Positions 1 to 12,989 of a DNA stretch of 64,000 bases are shown here, in pieces. A model generated the notes under the pieces. That model ran no database searches and was not told the DNA's origin. It saw nothing but the letters and a program-made list of their open reading frames with translations. Source of the DNA: Mobula hypostoma (lineage: Eukaryota). The number at the start of each line of letters is the position of its first letter. The stretch's first letter is position 1. The stretch spans positions 105,774,001-105,838,000 of the forward strand of contig NC_086097.1 in assembly GCF_963921235.1 (NCBI RefSeq). Direction: 5' to 3'. The translations under genes and the position numbers were made by a program.

Positions 1-92
1 GGAGATTGGGGCTGAGAGGAAAATTGGATCAGCCATGATGAAATGGTGGAGCAGACTTGATGGGCCGAATGGCCTAATTCTCCTATATCTTG
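1..92 (+). mobile_element. CR1-type LINE 3' end (intronic)
   Basis: gatcagccatgat...gggccgaatggcctaattctcc matches the CR1 3' UTR seen at 15940-16010 in this window. Confidence 0.75.
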
Positions 93-357
93 TTTACTTA
101 CACGTAAGACTTCTGCACAGTACTGTAGTTTTCATGTGGTACAGTGTGCAAGAAAGCTGTTGCATTGAGCTATTCTGATCAGTATATGTGGAGTTTACAA
201 TTCTTTTAATTTTGATGAAAACATTAAAGTAGGGGTCTTACAATTAAATGTTTACCATGCTGTTAGTTAATGCTGATCAGTTTTCTCCTTTCACTCTCAT
301 TTTCCCATTTTTACTCACATGGCGTCAATGTTGCTGTCAATTTTTTTCCCGTTCCAG

Positions 358-476
358 GAGGTGTGAAGCTTGGTTTAGGTGACTTCATATTCTACAGTGT
401 TCTTGTTGGCAAAGCATCAGCAGCAGCAAGTGGAGACTGGAACACAACCCTGGCCTGTTTTGTGGCAATATTAATT
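358..476 (+). CDS. PSEN1: Presenilin-1, penultimate coding exon (TM7 GxGD catalytic motif, TM8)
   Basis: Acceptor ttttcccgttccag|GA at 357/358 and donor ATT|gtgagt at 476/477. The 119-nt exon translates (R)[39 protein letters not shown], with the GLGD catalytic aspartate motif of presenilins. Confidence 0.96.
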
Positions 477-1080
477 GTGAGTATGTTGCAGGCTGTTGCT
501 GTATTGTAAATCTTATCATATGTAGAGTATAAAGTGGGTATGATTACAGGAGAGGGATCTCATTGAGCTACTTCACTATCTTGCCTGTGTTGAGTGTGTT
601 TGGGAGTGGATTATCCTTGGCATACTCCCAGCTGTCATCTTTGTACTTTGATATGCTTTGCTCAATAATGGTATGATAGGATGTGAAATAATGGCAGGCA
701 AGTGGAGTTGCCTCATGATCTAAAAAGGGATCCAGAGATTTCCCACTGTTCCTGTAACTTCCAGTGTTCCTGAGCTTTTCTTCCTCTTTAGTCTGGTGGA
801 GACGGTGTGAGTAGACTCCTGACTAGGCTGGATTTGATCACATGCCTACACCCGCACTTTGGCTCTTCCTGCTTCTGCAGATCCTACAACACTGATGTGA
901 AGGTGACAATAGATTCAGGCCATTATGTCTGAATCAGCCTCTCTAAAGCAAATTATCGGATAACATTGTTCTTTATGGCAACTGTCTGGTTCTTTCTTGC
1001 AATGACTGAGACATCCCGAAGTTGTGAAAAACAAGCCCTTTTTGTTTTCTGTTCCTCATTGTGTTTAATGGAGGGAGTGA

Positions 1081-1263
<183 letters not shown>

Positions 1264-2008
1264 GGCTGTCCTTGCTGTCGGGGAGATTACACTGTAAATC
1301 AGGTTGAGAACTGGAATAGAGACATTTTGTAATTGGTGTAACAATACAAGATTAGGGAAAAGAATGATGAATAGAACTCTGTGAATTATAATTTTCTACT
1401 CAATTCATCTTACTTCTAATTTAAAATCACAGTGACATCAGAAGAAAATCAACCTGGTGCATACTTTGTGTGAAAGTTTAACATCTGGTTGTAAAGAATA
1501 TCTGGAGAGCTTATCGAATGATCCTGTCTGCACTTTGCTTATAAATAGTCTCACAGTGCAATGACAGCAAATAGACTCCAAACATATTTTCTAACATGCC
1601 TCCAAATGTGGACTTGAAATATTACTTCACTAAGCTAGTTTAGTATTCTGAAATATTCTTATATTTCAGAAAGGTGGTGGCCTCTTCTCTGTAAACAGAA
1701 CTCTGTAAACTTTACTTCACCCTGAACTCAACTTATCCTTTCAAATTAAAAGAAAATCAGTTTGTAGTTTTGAAATGAAAACAGGAAATGCCGGGGACAC
1801 TGATGGTGGCTGTGGAGAGGGGGGTAGGGTTAAAGTTCCAAGTTGTCTTCTGCACCACATTTTGTTTTTATTGCAGAATTCTAGCAGCTGTACTGATGCT
1901 TTTTGTACTGATGTACTTTATTTTTTTAAACATTATAAATAAGACACTGTGGATTTTGTGATGTGTTTTGAAAAAATGCATACAAATGTATTGATCTTTT
2001 TAAAAAAA

Positions 2009-2014
2009 AATAAA
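2009..2014 (+). terminator. Candidate PSEN1 polyadenylation signal (AATAAA)
   Basis: AATAAA at the end of an A-run in an AT-rich 3' UTR-like segment, with T/GT-rich sequence downstream. An alternative ATTAAA lies at 2072-2077. Confidence 0.4.
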
Positions 2015-2357
2015 TAATTATTTGGTTCTTCATGACCAGTCAGCTTTTGTCTGGCCCCTGATGAGTTAGCAATTAAAGGTTAGTGATACACTGGAATGTT
2101 GTCTCTTGCTTGTTTCCTTCTAGTAATCAACAGTAATCATGATGGTGGTTTATGGGAGTATGCAGGAAACACTTCAGACTCCCAGCTGCCTGCTCAACCC
2201 TTGGGACATTTGGCATTTTCTTACATGAGACTTTCAAGGCTAAGAAAAGTTAAAAGAAACTAGTTCCTCTGGAGGGGTGGTCTTGACCAAGCCAACAATA
2301 ATTGGAGCCAATCCATCATGCTGATTAGTGTTCCTTCTGGACAGTATTTTAAATTAG

Positions 2358-2485
2358 GGCATCTTGGTGGTGTAGACATTACAGCTCAAGGCGACCCGGA
2401 GTTTGGAGTTTAATTCTGGTGCCGTTTGTATGCTCACTGTGTGACTACGTAGGTTTCCTCCCATGGTTCAAAGATATACTGGTTA
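2358..2485 (+). mobile_element. Degraded tRNA-derived V-SINE-like fragment
   Basis: tRNA-like head (gacccggagtttggagtttaattctgg) followed by the V-domain-like gtttgtatgctcactgtgtgactacgtaggtttcctcc...aaagatatactggttag. Confidence 0.5.
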
Positions 2486-3275
2486 GTCACTCTACTCAGC
2501 AGGGAATATGGCTGTGGTTAAAGAGCATTATAGTCATTAGGTGGATGTGGGAGTGTAGTGTGGGATGTTAAGACCTCAACAGGATATAGTTCAGTGGGAA
2601 ATTTGGGTAGAGAGTTAGCGGGTGGAATTTAACCCTGACAAGTGCGAGGGGGTCCATTTTGGGAAGTCAAATGGGTGTAGGATATACACAAGAATGTCAA
2701 TGAATAAAGGCACCTTGAGGTCGAATGTGGGAACCCTGGCAATAGGGTAGTGACAAAGGCATAACCTGTAGTTGACAATTGGGTGGTGTGGGGCACAGAA
2801 TAAAAGAATTGGGAAAGAATATTGAAACTTTCCAAAACACTGCTGAGACTGCACAGTATTTTCTGAAGTTTTAGTTACCACACTATAAGAAGAATGTAGT
2901 TGTGCCTGGTTAGAGGATTTCAGTTATGGGAGAGATTGGACAGGCTGGGCTTGTTTTCCCTGGAGTAATGGGGGTTGAAGGGTGACTGGATCGAAGATTA
3001 CAAGAAGCATCGATGGGGTATTGGAAATATGAGGGTTTAAGTTGGGAGGGACAAGGTTTAAAGGGGATCTAAGGGCCAAGTTTTTTTATACAGAGAGGGG
3101 ATGCATTGCTCTATGAGATGGTGAGCTCGGATACAATCGCTACATTTACAAACGTGTAGATAGCATTTATAGCAGTATGGTATTGAAGGAAATAGTTCTA
3201 ATGTGGGCAGATGGAATTGGTAGAGATGGGCAACACGTTGGAATGGCTTCTTTCTGTTCTGTGCAGTTCCACAAC
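2486..3275 (+). mobile_element. Heavily degraded CR1 ORF2 3' fragment
   Basis: Remnants of the MEFN..KCEV.HFG, RLGLFSLE and FFTQR motifs and a CR1-like tail. Confidence 0.6.
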
Positions 3276-3683
3276 TATGCAGCAGTTAGATTGTGATCAA
3301 AGGGTAGGGATTTAAATAAATTGGTCCAAGCAGATTGTTTACCAGAGTGGTTTCCTCAAAGGGTGATTTAGTCATCTGTAACTAGCAAAAGGGAGTTGGC
3401 TCAGGTACTTGAAGTTGTCACTGTTGCTGAAGTATTGAAGAATGGTGAAGAAACCAGAGAGATCTCTGAAAGCTTTGGCCTGAGCCAAGATTGTATGAAA
3501 TGGGCTAAACACTGTCCTATTGCTTCACCTCACCCTCTGTCAAAGGCCTCTCCCATTCCTTATCTACTTTTGTTCATGTTTCATTTAACCTGACAAGGTC
3601 ATAAATGATCTCCCTTAAAGAAGATTAAAGTGTAATAACCATGCTCTGATGGTATGCACCATCAACAAGATTTAAACTGTTAA

Positions 3684-4135
3684 TCAGTCAGTGGGTGCCG
3701 TCCTGAATCTGGGGTTGGCGGCTATGCACCTCCATCTTCTTTGATCTTGCAACAGCACCGAGTACAACCTCTCCTTCAGTTTGTTCTCGCTGGCTGCCTT
3801 AGCACCGCCGAACTCGAGCCCGAGGCCGTGTCGGACTCCAGCCACGGCTGCTTCTTTGAGCTCAGCCCTTCCTTGGGCAGGTCCAGGCACACGGTGCAGC
3901 GCCCAAGTTTATCATCTCTCTTCGAACTAGGTGCATATCATACGATTCGTAGATACATGGTGAGGCTTTAATCTCTTCCACAGAAGGTGGTCGTTGACTC
4001 ACAAGGAGCTCATCCGCCCTTTGTCAGGTCTTGTTTTTTTTTAGTCCTGCTGGGTGTCCTCACACCCTCCTCACTAGACTAAGTCCAGTGGGGGAGCCGG
4101 CCCAAGTCGCCGACCACTGCCCCCAGCCAAAAACC
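3684..4135 (-). mobile_element. Possible RTE-type LINE 3' fragment or derived element
   Basis: CpG-rich block in AT-rich DNA. The minus strand ends ...LQDQRRWRCIAANPRFRTAPTD*, resembling the AQDRxxWR terminus of RTE ORFs. Confidence 0.35.
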
Positions 4136-4597
4136 ATGGTCAAGCTGTTAATATTCCCCATGTTAAACCTATTTGAAGGTAATTGTTAATAAAAATTTTA
4201 GAAAGATAATCCTATTACAAAGGATGTTGAATCATAACAAAAGCCATAAAAAGAGGAGCAAAGTAATAAACGGGAAAGATGCAATTGAAATAAATAAATG
4301 GTGGTTTAAAATTAGCGGGTACCATTGGTATTAACTAAACTGAATGACAGTTTCTTGTGTTGGAGATCGTTAATCACAGTGCAATGTGTTAGGAATATTT
4401 TTGTATATGTTGTATACTGCATACTTCAAAAATAAATGTACTTCGAATTCAAATAAGCAGCTGTACTGTAAACAAATAAAAATTATCACTACTCAGAGCA
4501 CTGAAACAAGCCACTGCGTTGTACTAACTATCAAGCACTCAACTTGCCCCAAATTGACTCCAAGCTAACCTATTCTTCATACATTCTGCCCCGAACC

Positions 4598-4812
4598 TAC
4601 ACACTAGGGCCAATTTATGGTGATTGATTAACATGCCAACCAGCATGTATTTGGGATGCCGGAAGAAACTAGAGTGTCCAGGGGAAAGCAATGGAGTCAT
4701 GGAAAACGTGCAAGCACAACATCAGTAGTACTGGAGGGCAGGATTGAACTTACAGTATCTCTTTGGAAATGTTAGGGAATGTCTCTAATGACTACATCAA
4801 TGTGCTACCTAC
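4598..4812 (-). mobile_element. Degraded V-SINE/HE1-like SINE
   Basis: The reverse-oriented pattern gggccaattta...accagcatgtatttgggatgccggaagaaactagagtgtccaggggaaagc...ggattgaac is typical of V-SINEs. Confidence 0.55.
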
Positions 4813-6247
4813 TGTCTGTAAGGGTTGTGTAGCATACGATCACAGGTCACGTGCAAATGTAGACTCATTTTGAGTATCTTACACTGATTAAACTGAGAAG
4901 TAGTATTTTGCCTGATTGGTTTAGAAGAACAGATGGCAATTGAAGTACATATTATCAGATGCTTTGAATTTTATTTGCTCTGGAATATTCATCTTCATGC
5001 TTTTGTTGGAATTTATTGGAAATCTGCCATCATGTCCAAAGATAAATTGGAAATATTGGTGAAGAACATGGCGATGATGATGTCGGAACTAGAGCAGCTA
5101 CAGTTTCACCGCACCAAGCAAACACAGAACTGCAAGGAGAGAACAATGATTTATTGGAAAATGTGCTCAAATCTCTCGTGTTAATTACAACCAAAGAGTT
5201 CATAAGTCAGCTTAAGGACACCATGTTTGATTTTGAAGTCAAGGAATGACAAGCTCCGAAACTTAATAGCCAACTGTCAGACGAAAGTGGTAGAAGTTCA
5301 TGATCCTGATATCTCAGCATGGCATATCATAAGACATAGGAGCAGAACTAGGCCATTTGGCCCATCAAATCTGCTCTGCTATTTCATCATGGCTGACCCA
5401 TTTCCCTCTCAACTCCATCATTCTTCCTGTCTTCCCCCGGAACCTTTCACACCTTGAGTAATCAAGAACCTATCAACCTCTGCCTTAAATACACCCAATG
5501 ACTTGGCCTCCACAGCTGCCTGTGACACATTCACCACCCTCTGGCTAAAGAAATTCTTCCTCATCTTCGTTCTAAGTGAATATCCCTCTATTCTGAAGTT
5601 GTGCCCTGTCCGAGACTCCCCCACCTTAGGAAACATCCTCTCCACATTCACTCTGCTTGGACCTTTCAACATTCAATAGGTTTCAATGAGATTCTCCCTC
5701 ATTCTTCTAAATTTCAGTGAGTAAAGGCCCAGAGCCATCAATCAGTACTTATATAATAACCTTTTCATTCTCAGAAACATTCTTGTTAACCTTCCCTGGA
5801 CCCTCTCCAATGTCAGCATATCCTTTCTTAAATAGGAGCCCAAAACTGTTTGCAATACTCCAAGTGAGACCTCAATGCCTTATAAGCCCGAGGCATTACA
5901 TCCTTGCTTTTATATTATAGTCCTCTTGAAATTAATGCTAACATTGTGTTTGCCTTCCTCACTACTGATTCAACCTGAAAATTAACCTTTAAAGAATCCT
6001 GCACAAGAACTCCCACATCCCTTTGCACCTCGGATTTTTCAGTTTTCTCCCCATTTAGAAAATGGTGCTTTTATTCCTTCTACCAAAGTGCATGTTCATA
6101 CATTTCCCAACACTGTATTCCATCTGCCACTTTGTCCATCACCTAATCTGTCACAGTCCTGCTGCAGCCTCCCTGCTTCCACAACAGTACCAGCCCCTCC
6201 ACCTATCCTCATACTGTCTGCAAACTTGGCCACAAAGCCATCTATTC

Positions 6248-6918
6248 AGAGGGGAGGAGAAGCTGGCGGCGTGATGCAGCACGCGCGTCCACTCCGGAAT
6301 GATATCTGTATTTGTTAAGTAAGGTATCATGCACAATCCTGATTTGACGGAGACAGATGTGAGGAACATCTGGAGAAACTTCTGAAAGTTCAGAAGTTTC
6401 AGTAGCCGCTGCTACTGTGTGATCGAGAATCTCCGGAGGGGAAAGCCCCAAATCCTCGGCTTTGCCTATTGCCTGTTGCCGGGGCTGGGATCAAAGCACT
6501 CGGTAGAGATGGTGCTCGGTGCCAGAGGGCTGGTCGGAGGCTCAAAGTTTTCGGACGGACTCAAGAGTCAGCTGTGGTCGGGTGCTTCCAGGGTGCTGCA
6601 TCGGCAAGTTTGCGGCGCTGGAGGTTAATGGCAGGGAGAGTGTTTCTTCCTTCTACCGTCTGCATGAGATGATGGGACTTTCGACAGACTTTGAGACACT
6701 TTTTACCGTGCCCATGGTCTGTTCTTTATCAAATTACGGTATTGCTTTGTACTGTTGTAACTATATGTTATAATAGTGTGGTTTTTGTCAGTTTTTCAGT
6801 CTTGGTCTGTCTTGTGTTTCTGTGATATCACACTGGAGGAACATTGTATCATTTCTTAATGCATGCATTACTAAATGACAATAAAAGAGGACTGCGTGTC
6901 CTCATAATCTAATCTAAT
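6248..6918 (+). mobile_element. Non-autonomous SINE-like retroposon with (AATCT)n tail
   Basis: Cleanly interrupts the CR1. It has a CpG-rich 5' part and no coding similarity, and ends aaatgacaataaaagagg...ataatctaatctaat. An imperfect duplication atctattc/atcaattc lies at the flanks. Confidence 0.65.
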
Positions 6919-7050
6919 TGGATCAATTCTGTCATCCAAATCATTGGCATACAATGTAAAAGAAGCAGTCCCAGCCCCAACCCATGTGGAACACCAGCAG
7001 CCAATGAGAAAAGGCTCCCTTTATTGCCACGCTTTGCCTCCTGCCAATCT

Positions 7051-7777
7051 GCTAACGAGCCACACTCATGTCCCCATCTACATCAACGGAGCTGTCGTGG
7101 AGCATGTATCAAGCTTCAAATTCCTTGGTGTCCATATTTCCGATGATCTCACCTGGTCCCTGAACTCCTCCATCCTGATCAAAAAGGCGAAAAGCGCCTT
7201 TATTTCCTGTGGAGCATCAGGAAAGCTCACCTCTGTCCCAAGATACTGACGGACTTTTACCGCAGTACCATTGAGCGCATACTCACCAACTGCATCTCAG
7301 TGTGCTATGGCAATTGTCCCATATCAGACTGCAAAGCACTCCAGCTGGTGGTGAAAACTGCCCGGCGGATTATTGGCACCCAATTGCCCACCATTGAGGA
7401 CATCTACCATAAACGCTGCCTGGACAGGGCGAGAAGCATTATCAAGGATGCATCTCACCCTAACCATGGACTTTTTACTCTCCTCCCATCCGGTAGGCGC
7501 TACAGGAGCTTCCACTCCCGCACCAGCAGGCACAGGAAGAGCTTCTTCCCTGAGGCTGTGACCCTGCTGAACGTTACATCACAGTGCTAAGCAGTATTGC
7601 ATCCGTATTGGACTGTCTCAGTACTTTTATATTTGTATGCTGTAGCACTTACTTTTTATTTGCGGTTATTTTGTAAATAATACTACTCTTTTGCACTCCT
7701 GGTCAGATGCTAATTGCATTTCATTGGCTTTGTATCTGTACTCGGCACAATGACAATAAAGTTGAATCTAATCTAAT
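7051..7777 (+). mobile_element. Rex1/Babar-type LINE, 5'-truncated
   Basis: PIYINGAVVEHVSSFKFLGVHISDDLTWS, YGNC...KALQLVVKTARRIIG and IIKDASHPNHGLFTLLPSGRRYRS...SFFPEAV are typical Rex1/Babar C-terminal motifs. Tail aatgacaataaagttgaatctaatctaat. Confidence 0.88.
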
Positions 7778-10700
7778 ACCATGGGCTCTTATATTGTTAC
7801 GTAGCCTCACGTGCAGCCTTCTGAAAATCCAAGTTCACAACATCCACCCATTCTCCTGTGTCTGTCCCAACAGATTTATCAGGCAAGATTTTCCCTTAAG
7901 GAAACCATGCTGTCTTTGGTCTATTTTATCAGGTGCCTCCAAGTACCCCGAAACTATATCCTTAACAATCAACTCTAACATCTTTCTAACCACTGAGGTC
8001 AGGCTAACTGGACTATAATTTCCTTTCTTCTGCCATCCTCTCTTCTTGAAGGGTGGAGTGATATTTGCATTTTCCTCATGCCAGAATCTATTGATTCTTA
8101 GAAGATTGTTACTAATTCCTCACAGTCTCTTCAGCTACTTCTTTCTGAACCCTGGGGTGTATTCCATCTGGTCCAGGTGAGTTAACTTCTTTCAGACCTT
8201 TCAGTTTCCCAAACACTTTCTCCCTGGTCACAGTAACTGCACTCACTTCTGCCCCCTGCCACTCTCAAACTTCCACCATACTTCCACAGTAAAGATTGAT
8301 GCAAAATATTTAAATCAGTTTGTCTGCCATTTCCTTGTCCCCATTACTACCTCTCCAGTGGTCCAATATCTACTCTTGCTTCTTTTACTCTGTATATCTG
8401 AAAAAAAAACTTTTAGTATCTTCTTTGAAATCATTGAATTATTGACTAGCCTATCTTCAGATTTCATCTTCCCCCACCCCCCAAGGCTTCTTAGTTGCCT
8501 TCTGTTGGATTTTAAAAGTTTCCCAATCTTCTAACTTCCCACTAATTCTTGCTCTATTATACGCCCTCTCTTTGACTTCTCTCGTCAGCCATGGTTATGT
8601 CATCTTACCTTTAGAATACTACATTTTTGGGACATCTTACCAAATAAAACTCAAATTAGGCCCAAACCCAGCCAACCATTGGACTCTGCTAACAATCTTT
8701 AAGAACAAAAATACTCTTCCGAATTCTATTTTCCCACAGTTTTGGTTTTGAACAATGATTCTCAGAACTTCACCTCTAGGTTTGGGGTGTGTTACACTTC
8801 CTCTAGGTACAGTAATTTTGATGAACTGAATCTGTTGCCCATTGCATCCATGTAAATCAGATAATCTGTAAAAGACCTCTATGTTTGATGCATATTTAAC
8901 ATAATTTCAGCGATTATATATATTAAAGTTAATTGGAAATCAAATGAAATTTTATTGGAAATTTATTAATTCACTGCATGTGGACGTCGTAACCAGAGTC
9001 AGTGTTTACTGTCCATCCCTGATACCCTGACTTCAGAGACAGGCATATCGATTGCCATGGAGTCACCTTGCAGCCCATATCCGGTAAGGATGGCAGATGT
9101 ATTTGACAGTATTCCAGTAGTTCTGTGGTTATCAGTATTAGCTCAGTTCCAGATTTTTTATTTCCTCAGCTACTGAGGTGGGGTTAAAACACACTTCCTT
9201 ACATTAACTGATACATTAACCATTGTATTGGCAAACAGAGACAGAAGATGTGAGAGATGAACAGAGTTGGAGAGCAGTGATCTGAGAAGTACCAACCAAG
9301 CAAATTACGTATATATCAGCACAATTTTTGCTTTGGTCAAGCAGAGCTAACTTTTGTCTGTTAACATTAAAAATGATTGAAATCTGTTGGTTTTCTTGAA
9401 TCCAAGGCTACAGGTGTAGCTCTGAAGTGTTACAGAGCAGATTTTGAGATTAGTGGAGGCAAGGACCTTTGTTCTCCATGGACTCCCTTTGGCATATTCT
9501 GAGATGGTCCTGACTTCCTCCACCTTACATTCACGGAGGGAGGGGCTTTGGGTCGGGCCCGTAATGGAGGAAAGAGGAGGGGAGAGCTGGGCTGGACACA
9601 TTATGGTTGCTAGGTGGCTGCTTTAAGATGTGTTCAGTGAATGTGGAGGGAAAAATTGTCTGGCAAAGGTATCCTGGAGTTACTCAGCCTCGGGGTTTTG
9701 GGGACATCCCACACTGACTGTGGGACTCTGCTCTCCTTCAAACCAGAGTTGGAGCAACTGTTTCTTGCCCCTGCAGTTTTCCTGTGGAAACCTCGCCTCT
9801 CCCAAATCTCTGTGCAAGGTCCCCGCCTCAGCAGAGACCCTTCAGGCACCCTCTCCTGCCTCCTCTTCGACTCCGCACAATAAACTTGAATACTCTCCTC
9901 TGGTCTGAAGCCCTTCTACATCTTCTCCCTGCCCTTTGTTGCACCCTCCTTGCCTCTCTAATCCCTCTACATTCGTCCTCCAGCTCTAAATACACCTGCT
10001 CCCGCCACCCCATCACAATTTGATGTGACCGGACTTCTTATCCTGATATACCTGACCCCTGCATTCAACTCTGCTTGGCGCCTCTACTCGCAGACACCGC
10101 ATTACATCTCTGCACTGCCTTTCTGTCCTCTCAGAATCTGGTATCCAACACCTTCCCTGGGCTTCAAGTGTCCTTTGACAGAATCTGGGGAAACTGGATG
10201 TGTGCATTCAGAACTGAATCTCTTGCAAAATACAAACTACTGGAGGAACTTAGCAGGTCAAGCAAGTGTTCATATGAGCAGCATTTGCAGTCTCATACCG
10301 ACACTTGTCTCTCACAGTGGAGATTCTGAAACAACATACCGGACTCTACATGGCCATCAGAAACTTGCCTCAGGAGCACAGGGATTACCTGACTTTAACT
10401 CTATACCTCTTCCTCCACATCTCCATTTGTCCTCTCAATTCTTCCAAATCTCCCACCAAATGTGTCTTCATATCCTCCCACCAATCTCTCCTCCTCACCC
10501 TCTGTACATCCCTCTTCCCTGTTTCCACTTCTCATTTCTCTTTTCTCGCCACTCCGCTTTTCCCACCTCTCCTATTCTCTCTTTCATATCTATCCCTTCG
10601 GGTTTTAGACACATGTGATGTGTAAGCACAGCAAGATCCCACAAATAAGTGTTTGGAAGTGATTGGCAGATATGCCTTGGAGTGAGTACAGAGCACATCT

Positions 10701-11055
10701 CAACCAGGCCATCCAAGGTATCTCACACACTCCTTCACGTCCAGCTGGAGAAATACATCCCGTCTCTAGGTCGGACACCCACTGCAAATGGTTCCATGTC
10801 TGGTCAGACAGGACAGGGCCATTCTGCAGTGCTAATACCTGACACTTACTCACCAACACACTTTGGGTTTCACCAGGACAACTCGAATACATCACAATAA
10901 CAGAGTTAAATTCCTGAGGTGAAGGTGACTGAGTAGCGTCTAGCAGCCTCAGTAAAACTGAAGTCAACGGGCATCAAAGTGATAATACTAAAGTGGCTGC
11001 ACCTGCGCTTCATATAAAGGGAGATAGTTGTGGTAGTTGAAGGCCACTTCCCCCA

Positions 11056-11975
11056 GTCATAGAATGTACAGCACAGGAACAGGCCCTTTGGTCCATGATG
11101 TGTCAAACCAATCAAATAGCCAACTAAACTAATGGATTCTGCCTACTCAATATGGTCTGTACCCTTCCATTTCCCTCACATTCACGTGCCTCTCTAAACA
11201 TCTCTTAAAAAGCCCGAATGAGATTGAAAAAGATACTGTCTGTCTACTCTGTGCCTCTCATAATCTTAAAAACCTCTATCAGACCTCCCCTCAGCATCTG
11301 AAACTCCAGAGAAAACGACCCAAGTTTGTCTAACCTCTCATGATAGCACATGCTCTCTAACCCTGGCAACAAACAAGAAAATCTGCAGATGCTGGAAATC
11401 CGAGCAACCACACAAAATGCCGGAGGCACTCAGCAGGCCAGGCAGCATCTATGGAAGAGTACAGTCAACATTTTGGGCCGAAACCCTTCAGCAGGATCCT
11501 GGTAAACCTCTTCTGCGCCCTCTCCAAAGACTCCACTTCCTTCCTACAATGGAGCAACCAGAGCTGTATACAATACTTCAGATGTGGCCTAACCAGAGTT
11601 TATAAAGCTACAACATAACTCCTTGACTTTTGAACTCAATGCCTTGACTGAAAAAGGCAAGCGTGCCACATGCCTTTTTACCCACCCTATCAGCCTCTGT
11701 GGCCACTTTCAGGGAACTCTGAACCTGGACCCCAAGATCCCTCTGCTCATCAATGCTGTTAAGTATCTTATCTTATCAGTGTACTGTCTCTTTATGTGTA
11801 ACCCACCAAGGCGCAACACTTCACAGCTGGCTGGGTTAAACTCCATCTGCCATTTCTCAATCCATATCTACAACTGACCTATATCCCTTTTCCATTCTTC
11901 TGTGCTCTCCACAACACCACCAGTCTTCGTATCAACTGCAAACTTACTAACCCACCCAGCTATATTTTCATCTGC
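11056..11975 (-). mobile_element. CR1 LINE 3' fragment
   Basis: Tail catagaatgtacagcacaggaacaggccc and motif YHERLDKLGSFSLE...LRGGLIEVFKIMRG. Confidence 0.8.
11371..11495 (-). mobile_element. Penelope-like pLTR remnant with degenerate hammerhead core
   Basis: Homologous to the termini at 23.3, 50.3 and 56.6 kb. The minus strand reads cctgctgaagggtttcggcccaaaatgttgact, with both CUGANGA and GAAA mutated. Inserted inside a CR1. Confidence 0.7.
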
Positions 11976-12065
11976 CCAGTCTGTCGAAGCTGACTTCACA
12001 TGCTAGGGCAGGCATGTCCCGATTTTACCAGGGTATGAGCCCGCCTGTCAGAGTGATGTACCAGG

Positions 12066-12850
12066 GTTTCAATAGGTACATTTAATGTCAGAGAAATGTA
12101 TACAATATACATCCTGTAATTCTTTTTCTTCGCAGTCATCCACGAAAACAGAGGAGTGCCCCAAAGAATGATTGAATTAAAATGTTAGAACCTCAAAGAC
12201 CCCCTGCTCCCCTCTCCCACACACAAACAGCAGCAAATCAATGATCCCCCCACCAGCAAAAAAGCATCAGCACCCTCCACTGAGCACTCAAATGTGCAGC
12301 AAAGCATCAGTTAAAGACACAGACTTGCAGAACCCCAAAGACTACTCGTTCACCTGGTATTTGACATACCACAGGCTCTCTCTCTCCCTAATGAGGGAAA
12401 AAGAGATGTCCCCATTTCACAGCGAGAGGGGACACATAACAAAACAATTCGCTGATTTATGGTGTTAAAAGTCTGTTGCATCGCTTTTTCCGAGCTCTGT
12501 GCCCAGAGTCGGCCCCAGAAAGGCGCATCTCTCTGGACACACAGCCCACAGCAGCTAACCTGCTGCTTCTGTTGTTCCGCGTTCTCCCACAATGACCAAT
12601 TAGGGGCAACGGCCTAGAATCAGCCTGTCTCCAGAGTCATGAAAATACAGCACCCTGAAGGTGCGCCAGTCTCCCAGGCTGCGTCCTTGGAATATCAAAA
12701 AGCGGCTGGTCATGAGGCCCTGAGAGCGGGTCCCATTCCCACAAAGAACCAGTCAGAGTGTAACTCCAGGTCACGGTCTTCAAAAGAGGCGAGCTATCAA
12801 AGAAAGAAATAGAGCTTTTTCTGGGTGAGACTGTTGTTATATGCCAACAG
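12066..12850 (-). mobile_element. Non-coding interspersed retroposon-like repeat
   Basis: The minus strand ends in a GT-rich tail, ...tctctgacattaaatgtacctattgaaac, similar in style to the tails at 6880-6918 and 7740-7777. Boundaries are approximate. Confidence 0.4.
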
Positions 12851-12989
12851 CTATTTGGAGCCACAGGTGACAGTTGAGCAGCCTGTGGTGACCAAAGGTG
12901 AGTGAGCTGCCCCTGAAATGACATGACAGGCCCAACACCAGAGGTGCTACCCACCCACCCCACCACCCCCAGACACCTTATATACAGCA

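Larger units (their letters stand above)
5328..8630 (-). mobile_element. CR1 LINE (decayed), interrupted by two younger insertions
   Basis: Tail cataagacatagg at 5328. ORF 5418..5672 has MFPKVGESRTGHNFRIEG...KNFFSQRVVN. CR1 sequence resumes at 6919-7050 and 7778-8630. Confidence 0.85.

Noticed and set aside
270..509. 79-aa ORF as a standalone gene
   Set aside because: It is the PSEN1 exon 358-476 plus in-frame intron read-through.
10025..10967. 197-aa and 120-aa ORFs
   Set aside because: Low-complexity pyrimidine-rich sequence with SINE and Penelope-like scraps; no recognisable domain or splice support.
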